64,000 nt of DNA from Pseudomonadota bacterium (GTDB taxonomy: Bacteria; Pseudomonadota; Gammaproteobacteria; Burkholderiales; Burkholderiaceae_C): contig JAIUOW010000005.1 of the NCBI GenBank assembly GCA_020161775.1, positions 80,209 to 144,208 on the forward strand, given 5' to 3'. The position numbers and the translations under genes were made by a program. The notes beneath the pieces were generated by a model. It ran no database searches and was not told where the DNA came from. It saw only the letters and a program-made list of their open reading frames with translations. Shown piece after piece: positions 30,601-35,954 of this stretch; the first letter of the stretch is position 1; every line of letters starts with the position of its first letter.

Positions 30601-33600
30601 GCTGCAGCAGTTGGCGCTTGATCCCGAGCGCAACCTCAAGCTGTATGGCGACGGCTTCGCCGAACAACGCCTGATCGACGACCAGATCCTGGCGCTGACG
30701 GGCAGACGGTTCCTGAGCGGCTACCAAAGCACCGAAGACCAGTACCACGACCTGATGGATGCGGGCGTGATCTTTGCCAAGGCCTACCAGCTGACGCCCG
30801 GCGTGGCCCTGAGCGCGGAACAGATGGCCCTGCTGACCACGGACATCGTGTGGCTGGAGGCGAAGGAAGTGACCCTGCCTGACGGCAGCACCACGATGGC
30901 GCTGGTGCCTACGGTGTACCTGAGAAGGCCCACCAGTGGCGACCTGTCGCCCACGGGCGCACTGATTGCGGGCAGCAACGTGACGCTGCGCAGTCCAAGC
31001 GACCTGACCAACTCCGGCACCATCATTGCCAATGGCGATGCGGCCAACGGTGATGGCAAGCTGACGGTGACGGGCAACAACGTCAACAACAGCGGCACGC
31101 TGGCGGGCAACCAGATCGCCATCACCGCAGCCAACACCCTGAACAACATCGGCGGTGTAGTTCAAGGCCTGGGCACAGGCAGCACGGCCAGCCTGAACGC
31201 CAGAGACATCATCCTGCGGACCACAACGCAAAGCAGCACGGCCAGCATAGAAGGCCCGAACGGCACCAGCACAGGCACCAGAACCAACGCGGACAGAATT
31301 GCCACGGTATCAGCGGAGTCCGTCAAGCTGGCGGCACTGAACAACATCAGCCTGGCGGGCGCCGTGGTCAACGCCACCGGCAACCTGGCCATGACGGCAG
31401 GCAACGCCATCACCAGCGAAGCCGTGCAGACGGGCTACACGCTGAACACCCCGCTGGGCGGCAGCCACAGCGGCCGCACGGGGTACATGGCTGAAGCGGC
31501 AACGAAGCAACAGCTCACCACCCTGGCCGGCAACAACGTGGCGATCACGGCAACAGGCGACGCAGCGTTCAAGGGAACGAACATCAAGGCCACGAACGAC
31601 CTGGCCGTCACCGCTAAAACCATCACGATCGACGCCGTGAAGGAGAGCCTGGCCCTGGATCAACAGGGCATCGGCAGAAAGGGCTACGAACGCGTCGGTA
31701 CATCCGACGAAACGCTGGCCGGCGCCAATGTGACGGCAGGCAACCACGCGACGATCACCGCGACGGGCGGCAACATCACTGGCACGGGCGCGACCATCAT
31801 CGCCACCCACGGCGCCGCCACCCTGACCGCCAGCGGTGACGTAGGCCTGAACGCCGCCGCCACACAGCACAGTACCCTGGCCGAAAGCTTCAACGCCAGC
31901 AAGGGGGTCTTCTCCAGCAAGAGCAGCCTGCGCGAAAGCGACAGCCAGGCCACGCTGGCGCAAGGCAGCAGCGTGAGCGGCAAAACCGTGGCCATCGTCG
32001 GCGGGCGCGACGTGAACATCCACGGCTCCAGCGTGGTCAGCGACACGCAAACCACCATCAGCGCGGCGCGCAACGTGAACATCACGGCAGCAACGCAAAC
32101 GCTGGAAAGCAACAGCTACACCGAAGACAAACGCTCCGGCCTGGGCGCCATGGGCGGCATCAGCTACGGCAAACGCGAGCAAAGCACCGACACCGACACC
32201 ACCGCCACCCGGGCCGCCGCCAGCAACATCGCCAGCCTGAAGGGCAACGTGAGCATCAGCGCGGGCCAGACCTACAACCAGGTGGGCAGCAACGTCATGA
32301 CTCCCGTGGGCAACGTGGACATCACCGCCAAAGCCGTCAGCATCACCGCAGCCCGCGAAACCAACACTGCCGAGACCGAGCAGAAATTCAAGCAGTCCGG
32401 CATCAGCGTCAACGCCACTGGGGCCATCGCTACGGCCATCCACACGATGGACAGTCTGGCCGAGCAGGCAGGTAAAGCCAAGGACGGCCGCATGCAGGGC
32501 CTCGCTGCATTGGCCGGCGCCGTAGAAGCCAAGAAGGCATTGGACGCGATAGAAGCACTGGCCAAGGATCCCGCCAATGCGGGCTCCATCGGCATCAGCA
32601 TCAGCCTGGGCACGCAGAAGAACGAGAGCAGCTCCCAGAGCCAAAGCAACACCGCCGCAGGCTCCACGGTAGCGGCCGGCAATAACGTCACCATCACCGC
32701 CCAGGGCGCGGGCGCCGACAGCGACATCACCGTACAGGGCAGCCAGATCAGCGCGGCCAACATCACCAGCCTGAAAGCCGATGGCCAAGTGAACCTGCTG
32801 GCCGCGCAGAACACCAGCGAACAGAACAGCCAGAACAGCGGCAGCAGCGCCAGCATCGGCGTGGGCATCACCTTTGGCCAAAGAACAGGGATCAGCTTCA
32901 ACGCAAGCGCCAGTGCCAGCAAAGGCAACAGCGACGGCAGCGACCTGACCCACGTCAACACCCAGGTCACCGGCGGTCAGCTCGTCAACATCCAAAGCGG
33001 CGGCGACACCACGCTCAAGGGTGCGGTCGTCAGCGGACCGACCGTCAACGCGAACGTGGGCGGCAACCTGAAGATCGAAAGCCTGCAAGACACCGCCCAG
33101 TTTGACGAGAAGCAGAGCAACGCAGGCTTCGGCGTCACGCTGTGCATCCCTCCGCTGTGCATAGGCTCGTCCAGCGCCACCGTCTCCGCCGGCAAAACCA
33201 ACATCAACAGCAACTACCAAAGCGTCACCGAGCAAAGCGGCATCAAGGCAGGCGATGGCGGCTTCAACGTGAACGTGCTGGGCGCCACCGACCTCAAGGG
33301 CGGCGTCATCAGCAGCACCGTCAAAGCGCACAACGACGGCAAGAACAGCTTTGCCTCCGCGGGCGGCGTGACGCTGACGGACATCCAGAACAGCGCCAGC
33401 TACAACGCAAAGGGCGTGAGTATCACGGCAGGCTACTCGGGTGCGCCGCAGGACGGCAACGGCAACCCGGTCAAGGACAAGGACGGCAACGTCATCGGTG
33501 GCAAGCCCATCGGCGGCGGCGGCATCGGGTCCGACAAAGGCAGCACCAGCAGCACGACACAAGCGGGCATCACCGGAATCGCAGGCAACACGGCAGCTAG

Positions 33601-35161
33601 AACAGGCGATTCGGAAACGGGTATCAAGCCCATCTTCGACGCCGCCACCGTGCGCGACAACATCAACGCGCAGGTCAGCATCACCGCCACCGCCCTGCCC
33701 GTCGTCGCCAAAGGCTGGGCGGACTTTGCCAACGAGCAGGAGCGCACGGCCAAGACCCAGCAGGACAAGGACTGCTGGAAGGAAGGCGGCGCCTGCCGCG
33801 TGGCCGGGCATGTGGCGATTGGCGCGCTGGCTGGTGGCGCCAGTGGCGCCGCAGGCGCGGGGGTAAGCCAGGCCGTGGTTCCCACGATCGGCGATGCGCT
33901 CAGAGACACCAACCTGCCTGATGCGGTCAAGCAGGTCATCGTAGCCGGGCTGGGTGTTGCAATAGGTGCGGCAGCGGGTGGGACAGCGGGCGCCATCACC
34001 GGGGGCAATGCCACGGTGAACAACTATCTGACGCAAGCTCAATGGAAAGCTATGGCCGACGAACGGGCCAAGTGCGCGGACAAGGCCTGCCGTGACGGCG
34101 TAGACACCAGATACGCGGGCATCAGCGCCAGCCAGGACGAAGCGTTGCGACAGGCCTGCATGAACCTGAACAGCGCTACCTGCCGGGGCATGGTGAACGA
34201 GGCGGTCAGTGGCAGCGCCACGCAGCAGACGCTGGTGGCCAGCGGCGCCCTGCCACCCAACTACCTGGGCGGGCGCGACTTCAACAGCAACGTCAATCTG
34301 TTCGTGCAAAAGATACAGGCCCAGGACGTGGTGAACGCTTGTGCCGCTAATGCGGCGCAGTGCGACCAGTCCAGATTGGCAGGCAGTGTGCGGCTGCTGA
34401 TGACGGCAACGGTCGTGGCCGCATCGGCAGCGGCGGTGACGGTGCTGGGAGCCGAAGCAGCGGCGCTGGCGGCCTTCGCCAGAAACCCAGTGCTTTACTG
34501 CACGCAAAGCCCGACGGCGTGCATGGCGGGCGTGGAGCTGGCCCTGTGCGCGGCTGCGGGCCCCGCATGTCCACCGGGTACGTTGGTGCCCACGGCCAGC
34601 CAGCTGGCGACCGTCAAGCAGGTCGTTGCCGACGCGGAGGCAGCGGCTGCGGGGCGGGTGGCGGGCACCGCGGGCGGGGGAAGTTCTGCAGCGGGGGGCG
34701 TGCGTACCACAGGGGCGGCAGGTGGCAGCGGGGCGAATGGAGGAGTGGTGCCCAGCGGCTTTGCGAATGCGAATGAGTTCGCCAACTTTGGCGGCAATGT
34801 CCGCGCGGGACTTAAGAGTGCGGGCTACCCAGATGCCGAGCCAATTCTCCAAGGTAGTGCTGTTACAGGCAAAAGTTTCGGCACCGGCGCACCGTTTGAT
34901 GCTGGCCGAGTAAGTGATTTTGACGTGGCTCTTGCAAGTCCGGCCTTACTACAACGCGCACAGGATCTGGGTATTGGCGTACGTTCCGGAGGTACCCGGA
35001 CTGGGCCCCTCTCTGCGCGTGACTTGGAAGCGCTTGGTCTTACAAAATTTGCTTCTGACATTAGCGCTCAAGCTGGTCGCGAGGTCAATTTCATGATCTA
35101 TCAATCATCTGCCGCCGCCATGCAAAGAGCGCCTAGCATTAGCCTACCCGGCGGAAAGTAG
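18698..35161 (+). CDS. cdiA: giant two-partner-secretion exoprotein, contact-dependent inhibition toxin CdiA (filamentous haemagglutinin family), 5487 aa
   Basis: N-terminal TPS domain ([54 protein letters not shown]). Thousands of residues of FHA-type repeats follow, then the conserved [19 protein letters not shown]...DGFAEQRLI...TTDIVWLE region, FHA-2-like repeats and a VENN-like pretoxin motif [10 protein letters not shown]. The C-terminal region is variable. Met31 (18788) is an alternative start. Confidence 0.9.
   Translation: [5487 protein letters not shown]
18950..19690 (+). other. TPS (haemagglutination activity) secretion domain of CdiA
   Basis: Motifs NQYDQLNV...LILNN and ANPNGI. 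Boundaries are approximate. Confidence 0.7.
22940..26200 (+). repeat. tandem coding super-repeat inside cdiA: units anchored at 22982, 23567, 24149, 24731, 25313 and 25760 (spacings 585, 582, 582, 582, 447 nt)
   Basis: The anchor codons T-T-L-(T/N)-(N/S/H)-A-T-(V/I)-T-S-G-G recur in frame at these positions. Neighbouring units share long identical stretches, e.g. ctcacgatgcagagccagggcctggtcaacgaccagggcaccatcgcctccaatgcgggcctgagcatcaacg. Outer boundaries are approximate. Confidence 0.85.
34016..34024 (+). other. VENN-like pretoxin boundary motif (V-N-N in [10 protein letters not shown]) of CdiA
   Basis: gtgaacaac sits in the cdiA frame (about residues 5107-5109), preceded by a Gly/Ala-rich segment as in PT-VENN domains. 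Confidence 0.6.
34757..35161 (+). other. compositionally distinct C-terminal toxin tip of CdiA (~134 aa) with GS...DFD and GxxxxGKS motifs
   Basis: Codon usage switches to many A/T-ending codons from about 34757. Hand counts give 31/60 and 34/60 G+C at 34861-34980, against 40/60 at 34441-34500. Motifs: GSAVTGKS at 34853-34876 and DFD at 34916-34924. Confidence 0.6.
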
Positions 35162-35168
35162 AAAACCT

Positions 35169-35489
35169 ATGGCGACGTACATTCTTTATGGAAGCAAAGC
35201 ATCTCCTACCAAAGCGAAAAAAATTCTGGAGGAATTACTCACATTGCAATTTGAGGCAAGAGAAAGTGACTATCAGAATGGCGAATACTTCCGGGCCGGC
35301 AATAGGACAGGAGAACACTTTGAACTGAAAAAAAACGAGGACCCATTTGATGGAGATCCAGTGGAAATGAAGTTCCCGGAGTTCCCAACATTGCTGTACA
35401 TCAACGCTACTTCGAGGTCGGAAGAGTTAACAAAAATTGTGGGGCATGCACGTGGGGGGTTTACTCTTTTGCGACACGAGGATTTCTAG
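35169..35489 (+). CDS. cdiI: candidate CdiI immunity protein (106 aa, no family recognised)
   Basis: Starts 8 nt after the cdiA stop. Low G+C (hand count 47/120 at 35161-35280). Acidic soluble protein MATYILYGSKASPTKAKKILEELL... The position is canonical for cdiI. Confidence 0.65.
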   Translation: MATYILYGSKASPTKAKKILEELLTLQFEARESDYQNGEYFRAGNRTGEHFELKKNEDPFDGDPVEMKFPEFPTLLYINATSRSEELTKIVGHARGGFTLLRHEDF

Positions 35490-35577
35490 TCTGAATAGGT
35501 CTGTCAGAAATTTTGTGTTTTATGTCCAGCCCCATCGAGCAAGCCAGCATGATTTGCCGGCGCACCTTATTTATTAG

Positions 35578-35739
35578 CCACTTCCAAAACCGAAAGTGGG
35601 GTCAGGTACGCTACAAGCCAACGGTAACCGTGTTTGGGTTGTTGACATGGGTCGGCAAGTTGATACGGGCGGACAGACTTCGATTCAGATCGTGGTCCGT
35701 GATGGAACAACCCAAGTTATTACGGCCTTCCAAAAATGA
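35578..35739 (+). pseudogene. orphan toxin C-terminal remnant (open frame without a credible start)
   Basis: The frame is open from the stop at 35575-35577 and reads LPKPKVGSGTLQANGNRVWVVDMGRQVDTGGQTSIQIVVRDGTTQVITAFQK. Its TGA overlaps the ATG of the next ORF (ATGA at 35736-39). No SD and no ATG near the 5' end. Confidence 0.3.
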
Positions 35740-35954
35740 AACTCTGTCCCTTCTGTCAGCAAGATGTTGTTTGGCGTGTTCGGCTTAAAACTATGCTTGA
35801 GAATCACTTCTTGATGTGCTTTGAGTGCGATTCCTTGTGGCTCGAAGACCAACCTGTTTCCGATCAAGCAGGAACGACGTTTGATAAACATATGCAATCA
35901 CTTGGGCGTATGCCGGATTGGAAAGATATCGAGAAGCTCGAAATGGTTGAGTAA
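35736..35954 (+). CDS. small zinc-ribbon protein (CPFC...CFEC), candidate orphan immunity protein
   Basis: 72 aa, low G+C, acidic. Two CxxC pairs (Cys4/Cys7 and Cys28/Cys31). ATGA coupling to the preceding toxin-like remnant. Confidence 0.5.
   Translation: MKLCPFCQQDVVWRVRLKTMLENHFLMCFECDSLWLEDQPVSDQAGTTFDKHMQSLGRMPDWKDIEKLEMVE

Noticed and set aside
18791-34852. Series of very long minus-strand ORFs inside cdiA (e.g. 18791-21112, 24209-26713, 27998-29968, 31310-34852)
   Set aside because: The plus strand gives one uninterrupted 5487-aa protein with TPS, FHA and pretoxin signatures. The antisense ORFs are Arg/Ala/Gly/Val-rich repeats that merely mirror the GC-rich repetitive coding sequence.
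35513-35788. 91-aa ORF MCFMSSPIEQASMICRR... between cdiI and the zinc-ribbon ORF
   Set aside because: It has no SD and an implausible Cys/Arg-rich composition. It overlaps the more protein-like frame that ends in ...VITAFQK. The region is treated as degraded orphan-toxin DNA.
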